Positions 26,713 through 38,453 of a stretch of DNA of 64,000 bases are shown here, in pieces. The position numbers and the translations under genes were made by a program. The DNA lies in the NCBI GenBank assembly GCA_025201805.1, contig MU619290.1, positions 58,568 to 122,567 of the forward strand. Direction: 5' to 3'. How positions within the stretch are numbered: the first letter of the stretch is position 1; each line of letters opens with the position of its first letter. The notes below the pieces were generated by a model, which did not search any database, was not told the DNA's origin, and worked only from the letters and a program-made list of their open reading frames with translations. The DNA comes from Parasitella parasitica NRRL 2501 (taxonomy: Eukaryota > Fungi > Mucoromycota).

Positions 26713-27871
26713 TTACTTGAGAGGAACAAACTTGGAAGAACTAGTAGCACCAATACCAGGGCGACCGTGCTTGACAGGTTTGTAAGAGATGGAAAACTCG
26801 GCGAGGTAATGACCAGTCATCTCAGGCTTGATTTCAACTTGGGTGAAAGTCTTACCGTTGTAGACACCAACAATAGATCCAATCATCTCAGGGACAATGA
26901 TCATGTTACGAAGATGAGTCTTGACGACCTCAGGTTTCTCACCAGCGGGAGCGTTCTTTTTGGCAGCACGGAGCTTCTTGATGAGACCCATAGGCTTGCG
27001 CTTGAGACCACGTTGGAATCTTCTACGAGCACGGCAGTGAACGAGCTCCATGAACTATAAAAAAAAAAGCACATGTAAATGGCAAAATCAAACCTATATC
27101 GCCTTTAACGATGCTAATATTTTTAATTCGATATTTACCTGTTCAGAAGACAAGTCCAAGAGTTGGTCGAGGTCAATACCACGGTAGGTAAACTTACGGA
27201 AAGTTCTCTTTCTGGGAGTAGTTTGCTCGTCAGCCTACAAAGATACAATAAGTATCAGTATTTTAATCTTCATTGTCCTCCACGCATCCTCAAGTGACAA
27301 GCAGCAAGTTATGGTCATAGTCATCCAAGTTTAAAAACGTCGATTCACTTCAAACAGAAAAAACTGAAGCATTTCTCGCTTATGTCATATGAAATTATTT
27401 ATCCATTAATTTTCTTGCATTTATGACACATCTTTGCGCTATTTGATGGATGGATGGATGGATTCAGCATATACCCCCTCTTTATACATACCATACTAAA
27501 AGATGCAAAAGGAAGGATTCTCTGAAAGCTCTGCTTCTTGATGCTCATAGCACAAGGCAAAATTCTCCCCGGTTCGGGAGAGGAGCAATGTACTCCCACA
27601 ACTCCGCGATCAGTTTAAATATGATACATAGTAGATAGATAGCGCTTGCATGATGCTGCTTTGCTCTGTTTCATAATATCCATAATTTTTGGCCATGTTC
27701 GAGTGATCTGCATGATCACCATCAGCCTGTCATGCATAACTTATTTTTTCGCCAGGACACAACGTACAATGAATGATTGAACAGAGAAATCAAGCGAAAG
27801 AATATAAGCCCTTGGGCATCTGGGAATAGAATCTCCATTAGCAATCTATAGCGTGCTACAGAACTTACCAT
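26713..27871 (-). CDS. RPS15: 40S ribosomal protein S15 (uS19); first coding exon is ATG only, 634-nt first intron
   Basis: [35 protein letters not shown] and [12 protein letters not shown]|GTAAGT at 27871; intron 27868-27235. Confidence 0.97.
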
Positions 27872-29397
27872 GTTGGTTTCTTTAGTGTATATACTTCGAG
27901 TTATTTACAACATAGTGCACCATTATTCATTTTAAATACAGTATACCGTTCTTTTAGATGCTAAGAATGTAGCACAGTTTAAAATTTCGTTGTCTAGAAC
28001 ATAAAGGAACCCATGAAATGGGTATAGCATGTGCAAAAATAGGATAAAAAATCTAATTCCATATGTCAAAAGTAATGATCGACACCAACCGTATAAAGCG
28101 AAAAGCAATAATAGCCCATATGAATGTCATTCATCATTATACCAATACCATCAGTCAAAATATAAAACCTCAATGTTTTTATTCTTTTATGTGTCAACGT
28201 CGTTTATTGCATAAATTTTGTCAAGTTGTCTTGCTTTGCGTATTTCCCTTAATTTACTATTATCATTTGTATTATCATTTATAAATGGGTTCAACTCGGG
28301 GTTGTAAACAATGTGCCATTCTTTGGGAGAGAAGTAATGTCTGACAGGTGCCATGGCATATAGGTTCATTGTACTTTACGCACAACTTACTCTATTCTGC
28401 TCATGTAAAGATGATGTATCTGACCATGACTTTTACTAGTCAAATAGACTCACCAAGAAGTATACTGAACGATATTTCCATTTATATCTTTCGAAATCTT
28501 TATAGTTTCGAACGCAAACCACTGGAGAGGTGAGCGATCTATACCTAACAACTTTATCTTGGAATGAGGCGTAGAGGTGCACGGAATATTTTTACGATCA
28601 GAAAGTAGTGGGCATACTTTGTGATTGCATACGATAACATAAATTGATCGCTCTACGAACAATGCCTAAAAAGCCTTCTTTTGGCGCATACATGATGATT
28701 ATCGCGGCCGTCGGGACCATCCTCTTCGTTTGTAATCTTTAATCAAAATGCATCTGCATGAACCGTTTATTTTTTTTTTTTTTTTATTAACAGAGGACAA
28801 AAATATATTGGTGGTAATGGTAAAATTGATGCGGAAAGGGTAGGTTATGACGGAAAATGCTCAAAAGAAGTAGTAAAATAAATAATAACAGCATTCTGAA
28901 TTTGAAGCGTCATTAAGATGGATCGGGTGTATCTTTTTCAAATACTATATCATTTGTTCTAGACAGACAGACCTTTTCGCTATAATCAGCCCTACGCCAC
29001 AAGCATTTAGTTAAAAATAGATGAAATTTCAAATGCCATTTTTACATGGAAATCAACTATGAGACACCCGACAAACCAAAAATTTATAAATCTTTTATGT
29101 TGAAAGTTGTGGTATGACCATATTCATTTACCATTCTATTATCAACAGTTCTGATCAGCATGCAAGAGAGAGCTCAAAAGAGAAACGCTCTTGATTTCGC
29201 GTATAACTTAAGGCTATAGAGGTTCGACAATTGCTTGGACTGAAAACCTATATTTGGCCAACTCATCAAATTCTTTTCAGAAAAGGTATTTTATGTTGTT
29301 TTTAGGAAGAACAATAATGATAGTGTAACAAGGTCAAAGGTTTATTTACAGTTTAATAAAAGTTGTATAGGAAGGAAAAATGTACATTTGTGATAAA

Positions 29398-30630
29398 TTA
29401 GATGGTGGTAGAAGGTGGAGAATAGTTCAATAAATTAGAAAGGTGAGAAGGTACTTTATCTTCAGCATATCTCCATTCAGGATGATGATATAATTGTAAA
29501 GTATTACTAGCATACCATTTGGGGAAATCCATTGAACTGGGATGGTTCAATTTGCCTTGGATATCCATAGCCATCAATTCAGCTCTACAAGATTTATCAC
29601 GATGGATTTGCAAATTGAAATAATTGGGTGACATTGTGCATTTCTTTCCGCTACGGTAGGCCAAAAACGTCAGAGCAGCTTGGTCTTGGCGATGATTTAA
29701 ACGAGATGAGCCTGGGGGAGCGATACAGTTCTTATCCAAACCACATTCGTACCAAGGCTGGATGATGTCACTGTAAATCGTTTGATTATGAACATCGAAG
29801 CCCAAGGCAGCGCCATTGCAGTTAGGGTTCTTAGCATAGTCTTGAGGATCAGCATTGTAGTATTTGTACATGCCAGGATGTGTCCACATGCCCATATTCT
29901 TGGATGAACGTGGAGACCAGAACCCACCGTTTTTACGAATAATGGAAGGAATGTTTCTAATAAACTCGGGTGTAACCATGTTGCCAGCGTCCAACCAAAC
30001 CAATATACCATTTGAGTCTTGTACATACTTTTGACTTGCTTCATGTACGATGCCAGTCTTCCAAGCATATTCACCAGCGCTGATAGCGACGTCCCAGAAA
30101 CGAGGATATTTGAAGTAATCAAAAGTTTCTAAATCATCAATTAAACCGTTTTCAACAAGCTGATCCAGTACAGGTAATTGTGTGCGGTTCATGCCAATGT
30201 TGTAAACAACAATTCTAGGAAATTCATGGGCCTCGAGCTGATCACGCAAGCTATAGAGCGAATATAAAAAGTTTTCTAACGAGCACAAGTGATTAGCACT
30301 TGATGCAGTGACGATAGTGTATGGATAGGATGAGGGCTTTGGCAATCGAGGGTGCGTCACGTGCTTAATGGGCGGTTGTTGTTGCTGTTGCTCCTGCTCA
30401 AGTTGTTCGGTGATAGCAGATGATGAAATGCTATCACAACTATTGCTGCTACAGATTGAAGTTACTGCAGGGCTTGTTGTACTATAAACGATTCTAATCT
30501 TTAAGGATGAGACGAAAAAGAAGGTGACGAGGAACACGATGAGGATTGGAATGCTCAATATGCTCTTGATTGAGAACTGCTTAGCCGGCGATGTGGAAAT
30601 CTTCTGAGTAGAAAGAGGGCCAGCCATCAT
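29398..30630 (-). CDS. Type II membrane protein, DUF1647-like (putative glycosyltransferase-like fold), intronless
   Basis: N-terminal TM helix and the motifs TASSANH, EYAWK, WLDAG, CIAPPGS and NHRQDQAALT. Confidence 0.6.
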   Translation of the reverse strand: MMAGPLSTQKISTSPAKQFSIKSILSIPILIVFLVTFFFVSSLKIRIVYSTTSPAVTSICSSNSCDSISSSAITEQLEQEQQQQQPPIKHVTHPRLPKPSSYPYTIVTASSANHLCSLENFLYSLYSLRDQLEAHEFPRIVVYNIGMNRTQLPVLDQLVENGLIDDLETFDYFKYPRFWDVAISAGEYAWKTGIVHEASQKYVQDSNGILVWLDAGNMVTPEFIRNIPSIIRKNGGFWSPRSSKNMGMWTHPGMYKYYNADPQDYAKNPNCNGAALGFDVHNQTIYSDIIQPWYECGLDKNCIAPPGSSRLNHRQDQAALTFLAYRSGKKCTMSPNYFNLQIHRDKSCRAELMAMDIQGKLNHPSSMDFPKWYASNTLQLYHHPEWRYAEDKVPSHLSNLLNYSPPSTTI

Positions 30631-31184
30631 GCTTCAATAAATAAAAAGTGTATAGCCAGGAAAAAAGAGGAAAGAAAAGATTGCAAACTACTTCTATTTA
30701 TATTCGAGCAGAAAACTTTTTAGTAGATCCGTTGGTGGTTTTGGAAAGGAGGCCATTTTTAGATCCCTCCCCTTCATATTTATAGAAATTAGCCTGTGCG
30801 ACCAATTTATGTATTTTTATATCACAAATAACTTGTTCTCATACTCTTTGCACCGTGTAACAAGATTTCATACCTTTGTTATTATTGATCGAGATAGAGA
30901 TATTTATGAAGGAGAGAAGATTTTAATCAAAGCATCATATGCCTGCGAAAATGTATAATTAAAAAATCGATAGAAAGGGTTCACATTACTCCATTTGAAC
31001 ATATTAAGTAAACAAAAGCCCAAGTTTGACCAAATAGAGGCGTAGTGAGAAAGTTGAGCAAGTATCACAATATGTGATCATACGTTGAAGATTTTTTTGG
31101 GCTTTGTTTTTATAATGGGCTTGACAAAATACGCATTCAAACATGGTTTAAGCATATAGTGCTTCCATCTTGGGCCCTGATTGA

Positions 31185-31895
31185 TCAGTTTTTAATTATG
31201 AGAACTGGACAATCACAGTTGTGCAAGCAATAATCACTGACAGAGCCAAGGATAAACCTAAGATAAACTTAACAGTTAGCATCAAACAATGCAAATGCAG
31301 ACAGAGAGCTCACTTTTGTATGCCTTCTTTGTTGGAGGAGCCCAAGACAAGCATATCGGGTGGATTCTCGTTGATGTAATCTTGAATGATATAGCCACAG
31401 TCTTTTGTGCTTGTTTTCACAATCACTGGCTTCGATTTCTATAAATATGATTAGAGCATGTTACATCAGATATGGCTTGAAAAAAAAAAAAAAGATGCTT
31501 TACTGTTTCATCAAACTGAGCTAAATAACTGTTCAAATTGGATACTGATTCCCTTGCGTCTTGCTCAATGTCGACATTATTCATTCTATCCAAGCCACTC
31601 CTATTTACTGAATGAGACAAGATATTTCTCGATTTGCTACGGTAATACTGACATGAATCCAAAGGCTGTGGTCCCTGCTGGATTTAACCCAATTGAATAT
31701 AGAACCTCCAGTTTGTAGGGAACACGCAAATTTGAGCATAATCGGATGGCATAATCGATGGCTTTTTTAGAAATTGGGGAATCATCTGCTGCTACAACGA
31801 TGCGATAAAGTGGAGAACTAAAACACGCATGTGCTGGTATTAATGACCACTGCACGCATTTATGTACTGCTATACTTATATGAAATATACCTCAT
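31185..31895 (-). CDS. Universal stress protein (UspA domain), multi-exon
   Basis: RIVVAADDSPISKKAIDYA, DMLVLG and FILGSVSDYCLHNCDCPVLIIK. Confidence 0.88.
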
Positions 31896-32272
31896 TCTTT
31901 GTAAAATTATGGTAAAAAGAGACGTAAAGAGAAACAACAGTGTGATCGTTTATATTTATTATGATTAAATGCATGAATCGTAACCCCATATCTTGGCCCA
32001 ACATTTGTTGTATATCGAAAAGTTGAAAATTTCGATATGAACACACGAAATATTTTGTATGGAATAATGAGACTATGCCATATTATATTCCATGTCGACT
32101 AATCAACATATATATATTATAAGAGGAGAACATTTCGAACAACAGGGAGAGTATCTTAACAAGACCATGCAACAAGCTGAGCTTTGATTTTTTCCGTTAC
32201 GGTATTTCCATCACAATGGATATTTCCCTTGGGCTCTTTCCCTTTCCTTCCATCTACACTAATTATTCCGTC

Positions 32273-32774
32273 ATGTTTTTATACCTGGCCATTCTACTTT
32301 TTATAATAGCATGTAAGTTTTGTATATATCAGCCTCTCTCTACCTTGTTTTTCTTTCTTGCTGAATAATCCCATATAGTATGCTGGTACTTTCGCAAACA
32401 CATTCGAGAAGGCGCTTCTGAATTAGCAAACAAAATGAACCGCCTATTAGGTTATCATTTATTACCGACTAATGCTGGCTCATTTGAAAGTGATATCGAA
32501 GATGGATTAACAAGCTCCCATTTCAACTTGAATACAAACTTGGAGGAAGACGACAATAGGGCTGGATTAAAGGATAAAGAGGAAATCATGAGAATCATGA
32601 AAAAACAGAACGTCTCTTTTGATGAAGCTCGCTTAATTCGACAACAAAAACTCTTAAAAAAGAATGTAAGTGTGTATCTTTTATGAGTTAACTACTGTGT
32701 AATTTATCTGTTTGTTACAGAATATTGATCCTGCTACTGGTCTCCCTTTGGACCCTAAATTCGTCTCGTTTTAA
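32273..32774 (+). CDS. Fungal DUF2015/UPF0357 small membrane protein
   Basis: N-terminal TM, SFESDIEDGLTSSHFNL, DNRAGL, FDEARL and C-terminal GLPLDPKFVSF. Two introns. Confidence 0.8.
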
Positions 32775-33019
32775 TACAAACCTAATTAAACTATCTCACC
32801 TTCAATTAGGCATTCATCTACCCCTTTAAACATGCATATATTTATATACCTTAATAAAGCCCATGTGAATGGTTATATTTCATTATCATTTGCAGGCTGC
32901 TTTCAAAGAATTTTCTCTGGCATGCAATCGAAATGATCATTGAGTCGGACTCTTTTATGGCAAACATGCTTTTTCGACATTGGCTACAAAAGTTCTATTA
33001 AGGGTACGTACTTGATTTA

Positions 33020-36000
33020 TTATTCGAAATTAGAGACAGCCAAAGGAACAGGTAAAGAAGGTATACTTCCAGAGGGCATTTCATTCTCATTCAGTAAATC
33101 AAGCATTTCATAAGCAACCAATCTTGGATCTGGGAACACAATTTCAACAGCCTTGACCTTTAGCTTTGATAATTCAGCCGTTTTCAATAAACTACCATTA
33201 TCAGATATCCTGAATTTTCGAAGCTTGAACATTTCAACCAGGTTATCGGTCGTGTCCAATTCTTCTTCGTCCCTCTGTCGTTTTCTATTTTGTTTGATTT
33301 CTGCTTGGGCATACAAGAAAAATTGGCCAGCTCTTTTCGCATTATTACAAAGATCTTCGAGCGTAAATCCATACAATGCATTACGTTGAATCTTCTCAGT
33401 ATCAAGCTTTAGGCTTTCTTCATCATCATCCATTGTAGTTACTTGGGCTACACCCCATCCACCGTATGACAGTTGACCATGATTCAGCACCAACTTCTTC
33501 AAGGCATCGATCTGATTTGGGCTCAACTGCAACAAACGGAACACCAAACGTTCGCCATCAATAGCGGCATTTGCATTGGCAGTTCCGTCGCTGATCTGGA
33601 CAAAGGATTGCGCAGAGAAATTGCGAGAAGCACCTTCGCACATACCGTAACAGTCATTGTTGCGCACAATAGAGCCGCAGTCTTTACATTCCCATTTTAA
33701 CGTAAGATTGATTATTGAATTGACATAGCAATACAGTTTGAATATCTGTTTGCTGGTTTGATCTTGTCTACCAAGCACAGGATCCAAAAATGACGAGATG
33801 AGACGGGTCCTGACGAGTGCTGGATTCATAAAAATAATGCTGGATGAAGGATTTGTGTCATTTACGCTTATAAACGTTGTTGAGTCAGCCAAGAAATAGA
33901 AATCTTCTATTGTTGATGCCTTCTTTTTACCAATCAAGCTGTAAAAGGCTACTCTTGCACCTATAACCATACCAAGAGGATAATGCACATTTTGTACATC
34001 CATATAAATACTGATGGTATCTAGACTATCAGGCTGACGAAGTTGAACAAACAATTTTCGACTGGGTTTTCCTGTGCCAAATCCTTTCTGTTCAAAAAGT
34101 TTCTCGGCACGTCTGTTGCCATGGCTGTTCACTGAATACCCTTCCATAAATCGCTTGATAATGACTATACCTTGCACACAGACAATGTCTTCAGAGAAAT
34201 TAGAGGGTATCGTACGGCCGCTCAGTCCTGCTGACAAGGTTTGAACGTCTGTCAATTGAGGAACGTCGTGTACCAATGATAAAGCATTTGGCATTCTTTC
34301 TTTTCTGCTGTAAATTGGTTGTAATTGAATTGCATCCAAAATGTCGCTATTGAAGGATACTGGGTATATTGTGTGTTTATCCAGATCTAGCAAAAATGTC
34401 AAAATAGGACTACCCGCGAGGTTTTCAATCTGTGATCCTGGTTTATTTAAACCATAGATAACCCAGCATGAACCGACTTGAAAATCAAAGTGTAAGGGCA
34501 GAGTATTTTTGCGAGATGTTAGAAGCAAGTTGCACCCTTTTGGGCCTTTTGTTGAGATAAACCCTTCAGCAGCGCAGCCTAAACCTTCTATTCCGTAAAC
34601 GTTGACTTTTACTCGGCATACAAATTGAATGATACGCTTGGGTAAGGGTATATTTACAGGATCACGACCGACCACCTGCACAACTAAATACTGTTGTTGA
34701 GTTGGGATGTTCTTGATCTCTGGTGGTATTTTAAGTAATGATAACTTTTGTAGCTCTGTGCTGTGTATGTCTGTGTAATCGGGTATATTGAACGTAACAC
34801 TGTTATCGTAATCACCATGCAAAAGCAACAAATCTTTGTCTTGACATACAAAATAGGTGATATGCAAGTTTTTTCTTCGGATGAACTCTTCATTCTCATT
34901 TTCCACATACGACAAATCTTCTCTGAACATTTGCAAACGTCGAATCAGGTATATCTGGCCTGTTTTTCTGGGAACTGAGTTGGGAGCAGCTGCTAATACA
35001 AATAAAACCCGAGATTCGCTATCACTCAAGTATAATCTACCATCTCTAGACATTTGAAGCATGCCCAGTATACAATATTCGGCTGTTCGATCATATTCCG
35101 CCCTTTGGGTCAAGACATTATCCTTCCCGAACATTGTATTGCCGCCTGCCAAGTCCAAATGATAATCTTCTAAATTGTCCTGCAACTTGCGTTGGATCTT
35201 GTCGAGAGAAGGGTATGAATCGATTACCACATGAAAATTTTCTTTCCCTACTAGTAAACATTCTGTATCATGCAAAACGAAATCGTTGACTAAATTGCCA
35301 GCTTGCATTGGCCGAGTTCTTGTTGAAGCAAATACTTGATCCCTAACTGTCTTGTAAGCACGCTGAAACACGTTGAAATCCTTTGCAATGTTTGTATCCA
35401 CGAATTTTGCTGTCAAAGCCGCATATATTTCTAATTGACGCAGGAGCTGTGTGAATGTTGACTTACGGCTGATAATGTCTGTATATGTATACTCTTTAAT
35501 CTTTGAGGCCATGTCTGTATGATGTGACATGAAGAATGGATTTGTGGTCTCCGTGAAATTGTCGCAATGCTTTGGAAATTCCAATATTTCCACATGGCTT
35601 TGTATGCAAGAAGCAAGGGCCATGTATCCTTCCTCTTTTTTGTTTGCCCGCCACATATTCTGTAAGAGATAACTAGTTTCACCATCTTCGAGATTAATGA
35701 TAACAGAATGAAAATGATATAATCGTAGTCGAGTGTCGATTCGAAAAGGCATGTCTGCGGAATAACTGAAAAGATGAAACAAACTGACAATAATGGTGTT
35801 GTCAAGTTCATAAATACCAAACATGCTATCAATGACACGGGTAATACGGCCACTGTAAGTTTTGTGCCTATGTACAGTGGCTAGTGTCAGTTTATTGTTC
35901 GATGTTGCGTTGATAGATGATTGCTGGTAAACAGTTTCAAGTTGTGATAATTTGATTGCTTGACAGGTGGATCTTGAGTTAAACGATAGCATACAAACCG

Positions 36001-36676
36001 TGTTACGACGCTCACTGTTGATAATTTTGACATCGAGATTATGAAATGCAAATGCACATCCAATCTGAAAGTAGTGGTAATACTTGATCATGTTATTTCC
36101 TGAAAAAATCAAGTTGACAGCTTTTGACCTTGTATGGGTATTCGTAGTATCGTTGCCGTTGTCGTTGCGTATTATTTGCAAGAAAAACATGGCTGGTGTA
36201 TCTGGAGTTGCATACAAGGTAGAAATAGCGTATACAATACCAGCCATATTTACTTTCGATACTGAATTAAGGGGGGCTCCAGGAGTGTAATATATCATTT
36301 TGCGTCTGAAATATTGCTGAAAAATGGCGCTATCAGTGGCTAGTTGATCCAAAAAAAAGCATTCTGTAGAGTTTTCTGCTGAATATACATTTTCTAATTG
36401 AAATTCGACATAAGATGAATCCAGGCCTTCGTTTAACTTGATATAATTCCATTTTTTGATGTATACAGTTGTATCGAGAGCTTTTGGAAGCATGCGATCA
36501 ACTAAACATGCTATTGGATCTTGAGTCACCATATCCAACAATAGGATTGTTCCTCGAGGATACTCGTCATCTTCGCTCGTAACAACAGTCAATACACCCA
36601 TTAGTGTAGCTTTAACCGAATATGAAGTGGTTCCTTCTTCATAGTTTTTCAAGTCAATGACACTTACAGGCTCCAT
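33020..36676 (-). CDS. CTC1: CTC1-like large subunit of the CST telomere complex (multi OB-fold), intronless
   Basis: 1218 aa. YPLGMVIGARVAF, a C-terminal Zn ribbon CKDC..C..C and VQISDGTANA resemble animal/plant CTC1 C-terminal OB folds. Confidence 0.72.
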   Translation of the reverse strand: MEPVSVIDLKNYEEGTTSYSVKATLMGVLTVVTSEDDEYPRGTILLLDMVTQDPIACLVDRMLPKALDTTVYIKKWNYIKLNEGLDSSYVEFQLENVYSAENSTECFFLDQLATDSAIFQQYFRRKMIYYTPGAPLNSVSKVNMAGIVYAISTLYATPDTPAMFFLQIIRNDNGNDTTNTHTRSKAVNLIFSGNNMIKYYHYFQIGCAFAFHNLDVKIINSERRNTVCMLSFNSRSTCQAIKLSQLETVYQQSSINATSNNKLTLATVHRHKTYSGRITRVIDSMFGIYELDNTIIVSLFHLFSYSADMPFRIDTRLRLYHFHSVIINLEDGETSYLLQNMWRANKKEEGYMALASCIQSHVEILEFPKHCDNFTETTNPFFMSHHTDMASKIKEYTYTDIISRKSTFTQLLRQLEIYAALTAKFVDTNIAKDFNVFQRAYKTVRDQVFASTRTRPMQAGNLVNDFVLHDTECLLVGKENFHVVIDSYPSLDKIQRKLQDNLEDYHLDLAGGNTMFGKDNVLTQRAEYDRTAEYCILGMLQMSRDGRLYLSDSESRVLFVLAAAPNSVPRKTGQIYLIRRLQMFREDLSYVENENEEFIRRKNLHITYFVCQDKDLLLLHGDYDNSVTFNIPDYTDIHSTELQKLSLLKIPPEIKNIPTQQQYLVVQVVGRDPVNIPLPKRIIQFVCRVKVNVYGIEGLGCAAEGFISTKGPKGCNLLLTSRKNTLPLHFDFQVGSCWVIYGLNKPGSQIENLAGSPILTFLLDLDKHTIYPVSFNSDILDAIQLQPIYSRKERMPNALSLVHDVPQLTDVQTLSAGLSGRTIPSNFSEDIVCVQGIVIIKRFMEGYSVNSHGNRRAEKLFEQKGFGTGKPSRKLFVQLRQPDSLDTISIYMDVQNVHYPLGMVIGARVAFYSLIGKKKASTIEDFYFLADSTTFISVNDTNPSSSIIFMNPALVRTRLISSFLDPVLGRQDQTSKQIFKLYCYVNSIINLTLKWECKDCGSIVRNNDCYGMCEGASRNFSAQSFVQISDGTANANAAIDGERLVFRLLQLSPNQIDALKKLVLNHGQLSYGGWGVAQVTTMDDDEESLKLDTEKIQRNALYGFTLEDLCNNAKRAGQFFLYAQAEIKQNRKRQRDEEELDTTDNLVEMFKLRKFRISDNGSLLKTAELSKLKVKAVEIVFPDPRLVAYEMLDLLNENEMPSGSIPSLPVPLAVSNFE

Positions 36677-37848
36677 AATAGAGTTGCTTTACAAAGGCTA
36701 GTTTGTTAAATAAGGAACAAGCTAAAATTTTGGCGTTATTTTTTGCTGTTTCAATGAAAGCTTCAAACTATACAATTACCAGAATGAACGGTTCGAATAC
36801 CGTATAATTGTCAATTTACAAAAGTAAAAAAGAAAGAGACACCTCTTCAGCTAATTCCAGACTCACAAAAAGTAGTCAAAAATACATTGCTGTGCTATGT
36901 GGAACCAACTCGCAAATTAACGGCAGAGCATTGAACATAGACCACTTTCCACCTTTTTTATCATATGTATGCCATCAAAATCCCATGCCATGTAGTGTAA
37001 ATATTACAATTTTTAGATCAATTAGTTACATTGATTAAGGTTTCAAGCACACTATGTCTAGGATCATTTAGGAAGAAAAATTCTAGCTATTTATATATTG
37101 TAAAATGGCGAAAAGAAAATCGAGCTCCAAACAGAATTGAAAACCTCTGCAAAGAACTATTACAGAAATAAACGGCGCAGAATGTACGACCCTTGCAATT
37201 TATATAATAAGGGATAAATATCGTTGCTGCAATTTCACATACAAAATGCTAATAACCCTAATGCCGTTTCTTCAAAATAACGGGGTAGTAATACTATTGT
37301 CATCACAGAAAAACACAATTTTCGTATAAAAAATCTTAGTTGGTATCAATAAACTTTAACAATTCACACTTTAAAACCTTAGCATGTGTCATAAAACAAT
37401 ACTTATTCTACACTTACTGAAGTGTACTGTTCTACTCCCGATTATTATTAATAGGTTCAACTCTTACCAGATATTGGAACAGCAATGAAAATATCTGCCT
37501 AATTATAGTTCTTCTTATTCTGACATTAACTATTGCTACAATTAAAAGTCTGACTAGTTTTACTATCACAATTGATCCGCTACTTCTGATCAACATCTAG
37601 CAATTCATCACCATAAACTTAGCTCCATACATTGCTATCAATTACTACTTGTCCAGTAATATCGATGTATATTATACAATAAGTAATGGCACAGGTAGCA
37701 ATGTCAGCAATTATAATATGCCAACTTAACATTAACATAGTACATCAATCAACCTGATGTAGCAATTTTAAAACCGGATGTCAATATAATATAAACTCAT
37801 ACTGAAAAGTAAAACATCATCATAAAATAATACGACAGGACATTTGAG

Positions 37849-38007
37849 ATAGATACAATCTACCCTATTTCCCGGATCTCATCACTTAAAACCTTTATCC
37901 TCACATCGCTTCCCTCAGTTCATAGAAAGTATATAAACCCTCTATTTTTGAATGGAATGAACGGATTTTTACCTGATTAATTTCTATTGAACTTTTCTGG
38001 TAAATCA
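37849..38007 (+). repeat. Dispersed repeat copy 2 (homologous to 15122-15269)
   Basis: Same ordered blocks as copy 1, including AGTATATAAACC. Confidence 0.6.
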
Positions 38008-38453
38008 AACAGTATAGTGATATGCTAACTTGTCATTTTTCTTCCTTGTCAAATTTCGATAAGCAGGCGATTATATACATCATCAAATGCGAAGCATAAC
38101 GAATTCATGCCATTTGAGCTGAACATAACAATAATGTCATGTAAACAAAACACATTATGAGATGTATTATCTTAACGATAAATTTCGTTTCAAAGAAAAT
38201 AGTTCTGATGAAAGTATGTCTTCCCCTTACCCAATAGACATTTAGAACGAGAATAAACAACAACAAAAATATAAAGTACGGCAATCCGTCAATAAGCGAG
38301 TTTCCAATTATTCTAGATAAACGTGTCTTTCAAATATTAACAAAAGCATGATGATAGCCATTTATATACGGCTAATAATTTAAATGCCAATTAGCACGAT
38401 TTGCGTCTCAAAACCTAAACTAGATCAAGTCCAGACTGCTTATTCTAGCATAT

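Noticed and set aside
27235-27868. Intronic C/D or H/ACA snoRNA in RPS15
   Set aside because: No properly spaced RUGAUGA/CUGA pair or H/ACA double hairpin was identified.
28187-28369. YNPELNP resembling the Tc1 YSPELNPIE motif
   Set aside because: An isolated motif with no other DDE motifs or paired TIRs. Possibly a very old remnant, but unsupported.
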